From positions 1,280,001 through 1,344,000 of the forward strand of contig CAXXLQ010000004.1 of the NCBI GenBank assembly GCA_963668695.2: a DNA stretch of 64,000 bases, given 5' to 3'. The position numbers were made by a program, and so were the translations under genes. This stretch comes from Vicinamibacteria bacterium. Lineage in GTDB: Bacteria; Acidobacteriota; Vicinamibacteria; Marinacidobacterales; Marinacidobacteraceae. Below are positions 11,812 through 21,888 of the stretch, in pieces. Each line of letters starts with the position of its first letter. Position 1 is the first letter of the stretch. The notes below the pieces were generated by a model, which did not search any database, was not told the origin of the DNA, and saw nothing but the letters and a program-made list of their open reading frames with translations.

Positions 11812-14800
11812 CTTCTTCCGCTCCACCTCGCCGATTCCGCCGTTTCTGGCTTCTGCTGGCGGGTTCTTCCGCCGTTCTCCTCGCTTCGATTGCCGTAATC
11901 CTCTGGGTGTTGTCGAACCTGGATTCGCAGCGGCTGCTCGTTCACGTCACCGGCCGCCTCACCGCTGCGCTGGGCCGCCCCGTTGCGGCGAGCGGTTTCG
12001 AGGTATCGCTTGCCGAAGGTGAGTTCGTCCTTCGGGGTCTTCAGATCGGGAGGGAACCGATGGAGATCGGGCCGGCGCCGCCGGCATTTTCGATCGACCG
12101 CGTCCAGGGCAAGCTGAGTTGGCGTTCGCTCTTTCCGGCGCGCCTCCACATGGAGAGCCTCGCTGTAGAGGGAGTGGGTCTTTGGGGTCTGGATGACGGG
12201 GGAAACCCGCAGCCTGAATCCGCTCCTCTCGGGCCGACGATTCAGGCAGTGACCACGCGGCTGTCTTTCTCGTCGAACCGGATGTCGGTGTCGGGCACCA
12301 CCATCGGGTATCGGAATCGGCCCACCCCCTGGGAAGTGCGCGCGGATGACGTCGCGGTCAGCCTGCACACCGGCGAAGAGGGGGGGGTGGACGGTGAAAT
12401 TCGGTCCGGATGGGGGGTGATCCGTCTTTGGGAGCGGCCGGACCTTCCGATGGCGCTGTCGGCGGACTTCCGGGTCCGCCAGGACGATCTCCACTTCGAT
12501 TTCCTCGAGCTCCGCTCCGACTTGCTCGCGGTTGGCTTCGAGGGAACCATGGACCTGGCCAACGACCTGGCCGGACGGTTGAAGATGGTCGGGGGCGGGG
12601 ATGCTGGTGCTCTCGGTCGTTTCCTGTTCGAATTCGAAGGGATCGATACCCAGGGAGACCCCTGGGTCCAGTTCGACGGGACGGCGGGGTTCCAGGAAAA
12701 CGGTCTGGCGATCGACGGCAGATTCGTACTGCCGGTAAGCCGGTTCTACGGTGTTCCGCTCCGCGATTGGACGGGACTCGTGCACTGGGATCCCGAGCGC
12801 ATTGAGATCCTCTCCTCCGAGGGGTTCGCGTCCGATGGCCCGGCCACCCTCAAGTTGCTGCAGTTGCAACCACGAGAAGACAACCCGGCGGAGATCCTCA
12901 TGAGCGTCCGGGACGGAGCGTTGGCCCCCACCCTCGAAGGCCTGTTCGGCATGCCGACCTCGCTGCGTTCGCGGGTGACGTTGGACGCGGACCTGCTCAT
13001 GCCCCTCGCCGACCCGGGGTTGATGACCGGGACCATCCAGGCCGTAGGGCTGAAGCCGGATGAGACCGGGCCGGAGGAGTTGCCTCTCGGCTTTGAAACC
13101 GACCTGGTGATGGATGACACGGGAACCGAAATCCGCCGCGTCGTCCTCGAAGGAGAGGCCTTTCGCAGCACCCTCGAAGGCCGCTACCCCCGATCTGGTA
13201 ACGCCAGCATCGCGGGAACCGCGCTGGCCGGAGAATCAGCCGAAGCGGACGCTGTCCAGCAGGAGCTTCGCCGTGTCCTCTTCGGGGAAGATCCCGAAAC
13301 GACCTTCTGGGATGTAGCGGGCGCCGGCGGATTTGAAGGCATCGTGCGCGGCCGGTGGCCTGACCTTGTGCTCGAGGGAGAGGTCGAAGGTCAGATGATG
13401 CGCTTCTCCACGATCCACTCGGAGACGCTGATTGCGACCGGCAGGATCGAACGGGACACGATCTGGCTCGACAGCCTGAACGCGCGGCGCGGAGAGGGGC
13501 GGATCTCCGCCTCGGGGAGCTTCGACCGCGCCGCGGTTGAGTACCCGGACATGGAATTCGACGCCGAGTGGGAACAATGGGACGCCCGGGAGATCATTGA
13601 CTTTCTGGAGTGGGATCTCGAAGCGGACGGGATAGCAACCGGCCGGAGCCACACGGTACGGCGGGATGAACGCTATACGGGAGGGGGATCGGTCGTCGGT
13701 TCCGCCGGACACGTTCTGGAGCAGCCCTTCGACCAGGTGACCATCACCTGGAACATGGATGGCGACAAGGCTCGTCTGGCCCCCATGAGCGGAGTGTTTC
13801 GAGATGGAACCGCCGAGGGAGTCCTGGACATCGGGCTTGTCGACTGGGAGATGGAAGGTCTCGTTACCGGGACCGACTACCCGCTGACGCCCGGTCTCGC
13901 ACCCGAATGGATTTCCATCCGTTCCGACTTTCGCCTCGACGTCGGCGGCGATCTGCTGGTTCCCGAACTGCTACTTGAGGCACGCGTCCCCAACGTCGCC
14001 GTACTCGGCTTGTCCCTCGGCCCCGGCGACATCACGGGAACCGTCCACGGCGAAGACTTCGAGGGCAGCGGAGCCCTGGATTCGGGAGCCGCGTCCTTCC
14101 GCATGCAGGGGCGGGTCCCGCTCGGCACCGACGGCGCCGGCACCGTTACGGTTCAAGACGTTGATGTAGCTCCCATCCTCTTCGATGCCCCGGGCGAACG
14201 GGAGATCTCGATCCTCGTTGGCGGATCCGGTGAATTCCACATCGAGAACCCGCTCGACGAATGGATGACCGGCACGGCGACCCTCGAAACCCTGAAACTC
14301 TCGGCGCCGGATTTCGTCGCCGAGTCAGGAGGGCCGACCCACGTCCGCCTCGAGGATGCGCGCGTGCACATCGAAGGACTCCGCCTCCTCCACGATGACA
14401 GCCAACTCGGTCTGGCCGGTTCGATCGGACTCGATGACCAGCTCCTGGACTTTTCGCTCCTGGGGCAGACATCGCTGCGGGTCGCGGCGCCGTTTGTGCC
14501 CTGGCTTGCCGCAGATGGAGATTTCGGTCTGGAGGCCGCGGTCGTCGGTCCCTGGACGGAGCCGGAGGTACTGGGCACGGGGACGATCCGAAACGGCTCT
14601 TTCCGGGTCGAGGGGTTTCCACACGCCCTGAGCGACGTGGAAGGCTCCGTGGACTTCGATCGCCGGACGCTCCGGATTGCCGAAGTCATCGGTCGTATGG
14701 GTGGCGGCGACGCTGTTGTATCCGGCTCGATCTCGATCGAGGACGCGGAGTTCGCCGCTACCGATCTCCGCGTGCAGCTATCCGATTCCAGCTTGCGCTA

Positions 14801-15722
14801 TCCGAGCGATTTGAGCGCGACGGTGGATGCCGACCTGCGGCTTCTGGGCGACCAGACCGGACGCCTGCTCACCGGGGAGGTTCGCCTCGATGACGCGGTC
14901 TGGAGCCGCGAATATGAGTTGTTTGCCAGCATTCTCGCCGACATCAACAGCGTTGGGCGTTCCGGGGAAACGGAGGCGAGTGGTTTTCTGGACGAGCTCC
15001 GGATGGACATCCGGGTGGGGACCGACTCTCCCCTTGCGGTCCGCAACTCCATTTTTCAGCTCGATGCGGCTGCCGATTTCGGCCTCCGGGGGACGGCCGG
15101 GTCACCCGCGGTATTGGGTCGCGCCGACCTCGTCGGGGGTGAGGTGTACTTTGGTGCGCATCGCTTCCAGATCGTCAACGGACGCGCTGATTTCATCGAT
15201 CCCGAAGGGATCGAACCGGTGTTCGACATCGAGGCGGAAACCAGCGTCCGCGGCTATCGCGTGCGGCTGGCCGCGTCGGGAACGGCTGAGCAGATCGACG
15301 CGAACCTGAGTTCTGAACCTCCACTTCGGGAGGCGGACATTCTCCGGCTTCTCTCCGGCGCTCCCGAACAGGATCTCCTGACGGCGGCGAGCGACGACGA
15401 ACTCGCGGCAGCCTCGGCGGCGAGTCTGTTGAGCCAACAACTCAGCAACATGATCGGCCGGCGCGCCGGCAGGGTCTTCGGGATTGACCGAGTGAGCATC
15501 GACCCCTTCATGATCGGCCGGTTCAGCAACCCGACCGCCAGGGTCACCTTGGGCAAACAGGTGACGCGGGATCTCAACGTCCGCTATTCCTCGAGCCTCT
15601 CGGACGCTGACGAGTCCATCATCGTGGTCGAGTACACACCAAGCGGCCCGGTTTCCTGGATTTTTTCGCGGGATCAGGATGGCTCGCTGGGCGTGGATGT
15701 CCGTTTTCACCGGAGCTTCTAG
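11808..15722 (+). CDS. tamB: Translocation/assembly module TamB-domain (AsmA-like) protein
   Basis: N-terminal anchor, 1304 aa beta-rich repeats, DUF490-like C-terminus (LSSEPPLREADILRLL, TLGKQVTRDLNVRY); upstream of an Omp85 gene. Confidence 0.85.
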   Translation: MTSSAPPRRFRRFWLLLAGSSAVLLASIAVILWVLSNLDSQRLLVHVTGRLTAALGRPVAASGFEVSLAEGEFVLRGLQIGREPMEIGPAPPAFSIDRVQGKLSWRSLFPARLHMESLAVEGVGLWGLDDGGNPQPESAPLGPTIQAVTTRLSFSSNRMSVSGTTIGYRNRPTPWEVRADDVAVSLHTGEEGGVDGEIRSGWGVIRLWERPDLPMALSADFRVRQDDLHFDFLELRSDLLAVGFEGTMDLANDLAGRLKMVGGGDAGALGRFLFEFEGIDTQGDPWVQFDGTAGFQENGLAIDGRFVLPVSRFYGVPLRDWTGLVHWDPERIEILSSEGFASDGPATLKLLQLQPREDNPAEILMSVRDGALAPTLEGLFGMPTSLRSRVTLDADLLMPLADPGLMTGTIQAVGLKPDETGPEELPLGFETDLVMDDTGTEIRRVVLEGEAFRSTLEGRYPRSGNASIAGTALAGESAEADAVQQELRRVLFGEDPETTFWDVAGAGGFEGIVRGRWPDLVLEGEVEGQMMRFSTIHSETLIATGRIERDTIWLDSLNARRGEGRISASGSFDRAAVEYPDMEFDAEWEQWDAREIIDFLEWDLEADGIATGRSHTVRRDERYTGGGSVVGSAGHVLEQPFDQVTITWNMDGDKARLAPMSGVFRDGTAEGVLDIGLVDWEMEGLVTGTDYPLTPGLAPEWISIRSDFRLDVGGDLLVPELLLEARVPNVAVLGLSLGPGDITGTVHGEDFEGSGALDSGAASFRMQGRVPLGTDGAGTVTVQDVDVAPILFDAPGEREISILVGGSGEFHIENPLDEWMTGTATLETLKLSAPDFVAESGGPTHVRLEDARVHIEGLRLLHDDSQLGLAGSIGLDDQLLDFSLLGQTSLRVAAPFVPWLAADGDFGLEAAVVGPWTEPEVLGTGTIRNGSFRVEGFPHALSDVEGSVDFDRRTLRIAEVIGRMGGGDAVVSGSISIEDAEFAATDLRVQLSDSSLRYPSDLSATVDADLRLLGDQTGRLLTGEVRLDDAVWSREYELFASILADINSVGRSGETEASGFLDELRMDIRVGTDSPLAVRNSIFQLDAAADFGLRGTAGSPAVLGRADLVGGEVYFGAHRFQIVNGRADFIDPEGIEPVFDIEAETSVRGYRVRLAASGTAEQIDANLSSEPPLREADILRLLSGAPEQDLLTAASDDELAAASAASLLSQQLSNMIGRRAGRVFGIDRVSIDPFMIGRFSNPTARVTLGKQVTRDLNVRYSSSLSDADESIIVVEYTPSGPVSWIFSRDQDGSLGVDVRFHRSF

Positions 15723-15842
15723 GGTCACGTGGATCAATTCGTGTGAGTGACGAGGCTCCGACCGGAAGAACTGCGGGTCGCTGGGTGAGCCCCCGCGAGA
15801 GGATCCGGGCCCCGCGATTCTGCGAACGAGCCGCCCGGCTTA

Positions 15843-16023
15843 ACAGCCTGTGGTGGAACCCGGGGGAGCGCCGAGAGCGGGGAGGCGCCCGGCTGACTAG
15901 GCGCGCGAGGGAGGAATACCGGGTGTATTTCGACCGAAGCGCAACGACGAACGACGCGAAGCGGCGCGGTTCAGCCGGGATGCATCGCCGCTTGAATGCC
16001 GTGCGACTTTGTCCACAGGTTGT
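15843..16023. mobile_element. MITE-like repeat copy at or within the Omp85 5' end
   Basis: tTA|acagcctgtgg...ccacaggttgt|TG; minimal 181-bp unit. Confidence 0.8.
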
Positions 16024-18811
16024 TGAGGATTGCTGGCGCAGCCGAGTCCACCGGCTGCTAAGCAGTCCGGGAGCGATCCTCCTCGCCGCTGGCTTGTTGG
16101 CGATCCCGAGCGGGCGCCTTGCCGCTGGCCAGGCCGGCGCCGGTCAGGCGGAAGATCCGTTGTCACAGCGCGTGGAGTCGGTGGTGGTGCGCTGGGCGGA
16201 TGGGAGCAACGAACCGGTACCCGAAGAGGTGTCCCGGCTGATCTCGGTTCGTCCCGGAACCCGCTTCCGGCCACTGGTCGCCCGGCAATCTGTGAAGCAG
16301 GTGTTTGCTCTCGGACGCTTCCGCGACGTCCGGATTCGTTCCGAGGCGGCGTCGGGCGGGGGACTTCGGCTCGTCTTTGAACTCGACCCCATTCCAAGCA
16401 TCGCCCGGTTTAGTGTTGACGGCGCCCCTCCCGGAGAGGATTTGGGGCTGATCGCCACGCTCGGCCTCGAGGTCGGCGAATCCGTTCCGGACGACCTGCC
16501 CGTTCGCGGAGAGGCAGCCGAAGGGTGGTTGCGCTCGCGGGGTTACCTGAGCGCGGAAGTGGACATCCGGAGCGTTCCGGACGGCCGCGATGTACTGCTG
16601 GAGGTGCGGGTGACCTCGGGAGCGCGCGCCCGGGTCGCCTTCATCGAGGCCGTCGGGGTGGAAGACGAGCTCGGCCGGAACCTCATCCCCGCGCTCCGGG
16701 TTTCTCCAGAGGATCCCTGGCTCGAAGCCCAAGTCGCTGCGCGCCTTCCCGAAGTCGAGGAAAGACTTCGGGATCGAGGCTTCCTATTCGCCACTGCCAG
16801 TCTCGATTGGAGGCCCATCGACACGGGAGATGTTCGGGTGGTCCTGTCGGTGGAGCCCGGCCCTGAGGTTACCCTGGAAGTGGAAGGGTTCGGTGCTTCC
16901 GGGGGGGCCGCCGAGCGCGTCGTGAATTCCCTTTCGGAGCGCACGCTCACTTTGGATGCGATCGAAGCGACCAGGCAGCAACTCCTTGCCCAGCTCCGTC
17001 GGGAAGGACACCGGGACGGTACCGTGGTGGTGGAGAGCGTCGAGAGCCCGGATGGGCGGAGGCAGACCTTCCGGTTCTCCGCCGACCCGGGCCCGCGTTA
17101 CGTTGTCGGCGCCGTCTCATCGGAAGGCGCCCCTCCGGAGGAGGCGGATGGCGTCGCCGAAGCCCTTCTGCCGCTGCGGCCCGGCCGCCCCTACCGCGAA
17201 CAAGAGTGGAGGGCCCTGACCGACAGCCTGCGCCGAACACTGCGGCGGCGGGGTTATTTCCGGGCTGAGGTGGTGCCGCTGGAGCCGGGCCCGCCCGTCC
17301 CGGTCGACGAAGGCCTCTCGCTTGATCTCACGGTGCGGGTTGAGCCGGGTCCGGCGGCCTCGGTGCGGGCGGTGCGTTTCGAAGGGGGTTCCGCCTTCAC
17401 CGATACCGACCTGTCGGAGGTGGCCGCCATCGCGCCGGGTACACCCTACGTAGCCGAAGAAATCGTGGGCGCCCGCGAAGATCTCGAGACGTTTCATCGA
17501 AACCGGGGATATCTGGAAGCCGTGGTGGAGGTCGAGGCTCCGGTCGATCCGGTCAGCCACGATGCGGAGGTTGTCTTCCGGATCCGACCCGGCAACTACT
17601 TCACGGTCGGAGGGATCATCGTCGCGGGCCTCGATACCACGAGGGATTCAGTGATCCGGTCCCGGCTTCCTTTTGAAGAGGGCGATCCGCTGGGGAGCGG
17701 CGATCTCCTCGAGGTGCGCCGGCGTCTCGTTTCCATGGGGATCTTTCGCAGCGTCGACGTGAATCTCCTCGAGCCCGAGGAACCCATCAGCGAACGCAAC
17801 GTGCTGATCCAGGTTGTGGAGGGCCCGCGCACCAGCATCGGCTACGGCGCGGGGTACAGCGAACGCGAGCAGGTCCGGGGAGAAGGCGAATGGACCCGGA
17901 ACAATCTCTTCGGGATGGGCCATACCTTGAGTCTGTTCGGCCGTTTCTCGCTCAAGGGCACGCGGATGGTGGCGACCTACCGGGGGGCGGAGAGCGTGGA
18001 GGGCGAGGTCCCCATCTTCGTGAGCGCGTTCCGTGAGTCGCAGGACCGGGAGAGCCTGGATTTCATCCGCTCTGGAATCGGCGTGCAGGTGGCCCGGAGG
18101 GTCCTCGGGCGAAATCTTTTTCTCCGCTATGACCTGACCACGAGCGAGTTGTTCGATCTGAAGATCAATCCGAATCAGATTGACCGCAACTTCGCGGACA
18201 ATCTCTGGCTCTCGGCAGTGTCGGTTTCTGCGGTCACGGACACCCGCGATGACCCGGTGAATCCTCGTCGGGGCCGTTTCGGCATCCTGGATGTGGAGTG
18301 GTCGTCCGCACTTCTCCGCTCCCGAGCGCCATTCCTGAAGGGCCTCGCACAGCAATATCTGTTTTTTCCGGTCGGGGGACAGGTAGTCGTTGCGGTTGCG
18401 GGCCGACTCGGTCTTGCGTGGACTCTGGGCGCGGACGAGCCGGCTCTCGTACCGATCACGGAGCGATTCTTCGCCGGTGGAGCGACCTCCTTGCGTGGTT
18501 ACAAACTGGACCGCGCGGGACCGCTCGACCCGAGCGGTTACCCGCTCGGTGGCAACCTGCTGATCGTCGGCAATCTGGAGGTTCGATTCCCCATCCTGAG
18601 CAGTCTGCGCGGCGCGGTTTTCTCGGATCATGGCGGGGTCTACAGCGAAGTGAACTCCTTTCGGGTGGGAGACCTCGGCCACAACGTAGGCGCTGGCCTG
18701 CGATGGAACACTCCGCTCGGGCCGCTGCGTTTCGATTACGGAATCCGGCTCGGCGACATCGGTGATGCCCCGCGCAGGCAGTGGCATTTCACGATCGGCC
18801 ACGCCTTCTAG
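15980..18811 (+). CDS. Omp85 family outer-membrane assembly factor (BamA/TamA-like) with multiple POTRA domains
   Basis: POTRA repeats (LRSRGYLSAEV, RRRGYFRAEV, NRGYLEAVV), ERFFAGGATSLRGY, TPLGPLRFDYG, terminal Phe; start uncertain (15743, 15980 or 16001). Confidence 0.88.
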   Translation: MHRRLNAVRLCPQVVEDCWRSRVHRLLSSPGAILLAAGLLAIPSGRLAAGQAGAGQAEDPLSQRVESVVVRWADGSNEPVPEEVSRLISVRPGTRFRPLVARQSVKQVFALGRFRDVRIRSEAASGGGLRLVFELDPIPSIARFSVDGAPPGEDLGLIATLGLEVGESVPDDLPVRGEAAEGWLRSRGYLSAEVDIRSVPDGRDVLLEVRVTSGARARVAFIEAVGVEDELGRNLIPALRVSPEDPWLEAQVAARLPEVEERLRDRGFLFATASLDWRPIDTGDVRVVLSVEPGPEVTLEVEGFGASGGAAERVVNSLSERTLTLDAIEATRQQLLAQLRREGHRDGTVVVESVESPDGRRQTFRFSADPGPRYVVGAVSSEGAPPEEADGVAEALLPLRPGRPYREQEWRALTDSLRRTLRRRGYFRAEVVPLEPGPPVPVDEGLSLDLTVRVEPGPAASVRAVRFEGGSAFTDTDLSEVAAIAPGTPYVAEEIVGAREDLETFHRNRGYLEAVVEVEAPVDPVSHDAEVVFRIRPGNYFTVGGIIVAGLDTTRDSVIRSRLPFEEGDPLGSGDLLEVRRRLVSMGIFRSVDVNLLEPEEPISERNVLIQVVEGPRTSIGYGAGYSEREQVRGEGEWTRNNLFGMGHTLSLFGRFSLKGTRMVATYRGAESVEGEVPIFVSAFRESQDRESLDFIRSGIGVQVARRVLGRNLFLRYDLTTSELFDLKINPNQIDRNFADNLWLSAVSVSAVTDTRDDPVNPRRGRFGILDVEWSSALLRSRAPFLKGLAQQYLFFPVGGQVVVAVAGRLGLAWTLGADEPALVPITERFFAGGATSLRGYKLDRAGPLDPSGYPLGGNLLIVGNLEVRFPILSSLRGAVFSDHGGVYSEVNSFRVGDLGHNVGAGLRWNTPLGPLRFDYGIRLGDIGDAPRRQWHFTIGHAF

Positions 18812-18899
18812 CGGGCGACTCTTTCTCCGTAGGCGCGACGCCCGCCTCCGCGGTGCTGTCGAGGAGACCCTTGCGCTCCGGGACCAGCGGTCCGGATTA

Positions 18900-19319
18900 A
18901 CAGCCGGTGGTGGAACCCACGCGGCGTTCGGCCGGCGATCCATCCCGGCCAAACAGCCGGTGGTGGAACCCGCGCGGCGTTCGGCCAGCGATCCATCCCG
19001 GCTGAACCGCGTCGCTGCGCGCCGCTCATCGTTGCGTTTCGGTCGAAATACACTCGGTATTCCTCCCTCACGCGCCTTGTCAGCCGGACCCCCACCGGGA
19101 GAACTGGGCCTCGCCGGCCTCGGCGCTCACTCGGATTCCACCACCGGCTATTTCACCGCGTCGCTGCGCGCCGCTCATCGTTGCGTTTCGGTCGAAATAC
19201 ACCCGGGCCAGTTCTCCCGGTGGGGGCTCCTCCCTCACGCGCCTTGTCAGCCGGGCGCCTCGCCCCCACCGGGAGAACTGGCCAGCCTCGGCGCTCACCC
19301 GGGTTCCACCACAGGCTGT
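18900..19319. mobile_element. Composite MITE (2 left + 2 right half-modules)
   Basis: acagccggtggtggaacc twice (18900, about 18953), then two right halves ending ccaccggct / ccacaggctgt. Confidence 0.85.
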
Positions 19320-19397
19320 AAGACGCACGCTTTCGGCGGGGCTGTGCCAGACTGTCCAGGTGTGTCGGTTCGGACGCGGCCCGGAGGCCCGCAAAGC

Positions 19398-20114
19398 GTG
19401 AAGTACTTACCGTACGCTGGTCGGTGGGCCGCTCGTCTCGCAATGGTCGCCGCTGCCTTGGTGTTTTGCCCCGCCCCGGCGGCTTCCGGAAGCGGCGGCT
19501 CGGGGGCGCTGCGGCAAACCCAGCCAGCTTCGGAGCCCGCAGGGATCGATCGGGTGCTCGCGGTTGTCAACGGCGAACCGATTACGTTCTCTGAAGTCAT
19601 CGAGGCGGTCGCGCTCATGCCGAGAGTCAGACCGCCGCCCGCTCTTGAAGAGGCTCTGGGTCGCCTGATCGATGCACGGCTCATGGAACATGAGGCACGG
19701 CGGTATCCGCAAGAGCCGCCTTCGGAAGAGGAGAGCGAGGCGACGCTGCGGGCCCTCATGGACCGGTTTGCGACCCCGGAGGACTATCGGGCCACACTGC
19801 GGCGCCTCGGCATTGCCGAGGACTATCTACGGAAACGGATCCAGAGGGAGCTGATCGTGGACCGATATGTGGACCGCCGTTTCCGGCCTCTGGTCCAGGT
19901 CGCCCAGCGCGAAGTCGAGGAGTACTACCGGACCGTGCTGCTTCCGGATCTGGATCCCGGTTCACCGGCAACTTTGAGTGAAGTGGAGAGCCTGATTCGG
20001 AATATACTTGGACAGCGCGATCTGAACCGGCGGATTTCCGCTTGGGTGGACGAGTTGAAGTCCAGCGCCAGCATCGTGCGATTGCCGCTCTCCGAGCCGC
20101 CTCCGGCGGGCTGA
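19398..20114 (+). CDS. SurA N-terminal-domain chaperone-like protein
   Basis: Signal peptide, IDRVLAVVNGEPITFSEV, LIDARLMEHEA, WVDELKSSASI; GGAGG upstream of GTG 19398. Confidence 0.8.
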   Translation: MKYLPYAGRWAARLAMVAAALVFCPAPAASGSGGSGALRQTQPASEPAGIDRVLAVVNGEPITFSEVIEAVALMPRVRPPPALEEALGRLIDARLMEHEARRYPQEPPSEEESEATLRALMDRFATPEDYRATLRRLGIAEDYLRKRIQRELIVDRYVDRRFRPLVQVAQREVEEYYRTVLLPDLDPGSPATLSEVESLIRNILGQRDLNRRISAWVDELKSSASIVRLPLSEPPPAG

Positions 20115-20303
20115 ATCGTTCCGGCCCCGCCGGAGCGATTCGAAGGTTCCATCCAGCGGGAAGGGAACGCTTGGTTCGGATGCGGCGTTATTAAGGTCGT
20201 TCCGCTTGGAGACGGAACGGTTAGATTGGCGAGGATGGCACGCTGCGTGCTTACCTTGTCTAGACACAAAGTAGGCCAAATCAGGAGTTGCCAGGAGGGC
20301 GTC

Positions 20304-21338
20304 ATGGACCCTACGACTACAGATTACGAAACCATCGAGTTCGTCGACGAGGCTTTCGATCTCGAGGAAGAAGAGGAAGAGTCCACTGAGGATGAGTTGG
20401 ATGAGGCTCGAGAACTCGGTCTCGCTCCGGATACCCACCAGACCGGCGATCTGGACTCGATGGGGCTCTATCTGCGGGACACGCACCGGCACCGGCTGCT
20501 CACCAAGAATGACGAGCAGCGCTACAGCCGCGCCATGCAGCAAGCCCTTCGCGACATTGAGGGCACCGAGGATCCGGCGAATACGGACGTCAATGCCTTC
20601 TACAAGAACCGGGAAAAGATGATCGAGGGGAACCTGCGCCTCGTCATCTCCATTGCCAAGCAGTCCCGAGGCAAGGGGCTCCCGCTGGGCGATCTCATCC
20701 AGGAAGGCAACATCGGACTCATGCAGGCGGTTCGCAAGTTCGAGCCGGAGCGCAATCTGAAGTTCTCGACCTATGCGACGTGGTGGATTCGGCAGGCGAT
20801 CTGGCGTGCACTTTCCCAAAAGTCCCGCACGATCAAGGTTCCTATCAACAAGCTGGATCTTCACCGCAAGGCTTCCAAGGTTCGGGCGGAACTCGAGCAG
20901 CGGTACCGGAACGATCCTGCGCGACGCGGGAAGCGGCAGTTCCCGACGACCGACGACGTCGCTCGCGAGATAGGAGTGCCCGCGGAGAGGCTTAAGGATG
21001 CGCTCCGTTCGGTGCCGCAGATTGACTCCCTCGATGCGCCGCTGGTTCCTGATGGGACGCCGCGGATCGCGCTGACTCCCGATCCGGATCAGTTGAATCC
21101 GATCGAAGGTGTCACCGATGCCGAACAGCGCCGCCACGTCCGGGATGCCATTTCGGACCTCCCCGATCGGTTGCAGCACGTGCTCAAGCGCCGCTTCGGG
21201 ATTCTGGGTGGCGGTGAGGCGAACCTCGAGGAGATCGGGCGTGAGCTTCACCTGACCCGGGAACGGGTGCGGCAGCTCGAGACCGAAGCGCTTCTCCGGC
21301 TCCGCCAGGATCCGCGCCTCCGCGTTTCCGCGGGCTAA
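20304..21338 (+). CDS. Sigma-70 family RNA polymerase sigma factor (RpoD/RpoS-like, lacks region 1.1)
   Basis: [53 protein letters not shown]; GGAGG RBS. Confidence 0.92.
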   Translation: MDPTTTDYETIEFVDEAFDLEEEEEESTEDELDEARELGLAPDTHQTGDLDSMGLYLRDTHRHRLLTKNDEQRYSRAMQQALRDIEGTEDPANTDVNAFYKNREKMIEGNLRLVISIAKQSRGKGLPLGDLIQEGNIGLMQAVRKFEPERNLKFSTYATWWIRQAIWRALSQKSRTIKVPINKLDLHRKASKVRAELEQRYRNDPARRGKRQFPTTDDVAREIGVPAERLKDALRSVPQIDSLDAPLVPDGTPRIALTPDPDQLNPIEGVTDAEQRRHVRDAISDLPDRLQHVLKRRFGILGGGEANLEEIGRELHLTRERVRQLETEALLRLRQDPRLRVSAG

Positions 21339-21537
21339 CAGCCTGTGGTGGAATCCGGGTGAGCGCCGAGGCCGGCCAGTTCTCCCGGTGGGGGCGAGGC
21401 GCCCGGCTGACAAGGCGCGTGAGGGAGGAATACCGAGTGTATTTCGACCGAAACGCAACGCAGAACGGAGCGCAGCGGAGTGGCTCAGCCGGGATGGATC
21501 GCCGGCCGAACGCCGCGTAGGTTTCATCACAGGCTGT
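21338..21537. mobile_element. MITE-like repeat copy in the sigma factor stop codon
   Basis: gggcTA|acagcctgtgg...tcacaggctgt|TAgccc; the empty site would be gggcTAgccc. Confidence 0.85.
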
Positions 21538-21556
21538 TAGCCCTCCCGCTCGCCAT

Positions 21557-21584
21557 CCGGCCCCCCCTCCGGAGGGGGGCCGGC
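21557..21584. terminator. Strong GC hairpin downstream of the sigma gene (possible terminator, no U-tract)
   Basis: ccggccccccctccggaggggggccgg near-perfect palindrome. Confidence 0.35.
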
Positions 21585-21888
21585 AACGCGAGCCGGCGCA
21601 TCGCCTACCTCCCTAGAGGCCAATGGTGTATCGCTACGCACCGCAGGCAACTCATGGCAGCGAACTCTGTTCGCTGTCTGCCTGCTCGGGGGAAAGTGTG
21701 GGAGCCCTCCCCCTTTCACGATCAGTAACGACCAATCGGAACTCGCCGCACTTCGGAAGCCCGGCGCGAAGCGCCGGGCGGTTCTCGGACGGGGCCCGAA
21801 CACCACCGAAGACGACAGGCGCTAACTCGACGCCACCGGTGGCCCCGTCCGGGGAGCGCTCGACGGAATACGCGGGTACGATGGCGCG

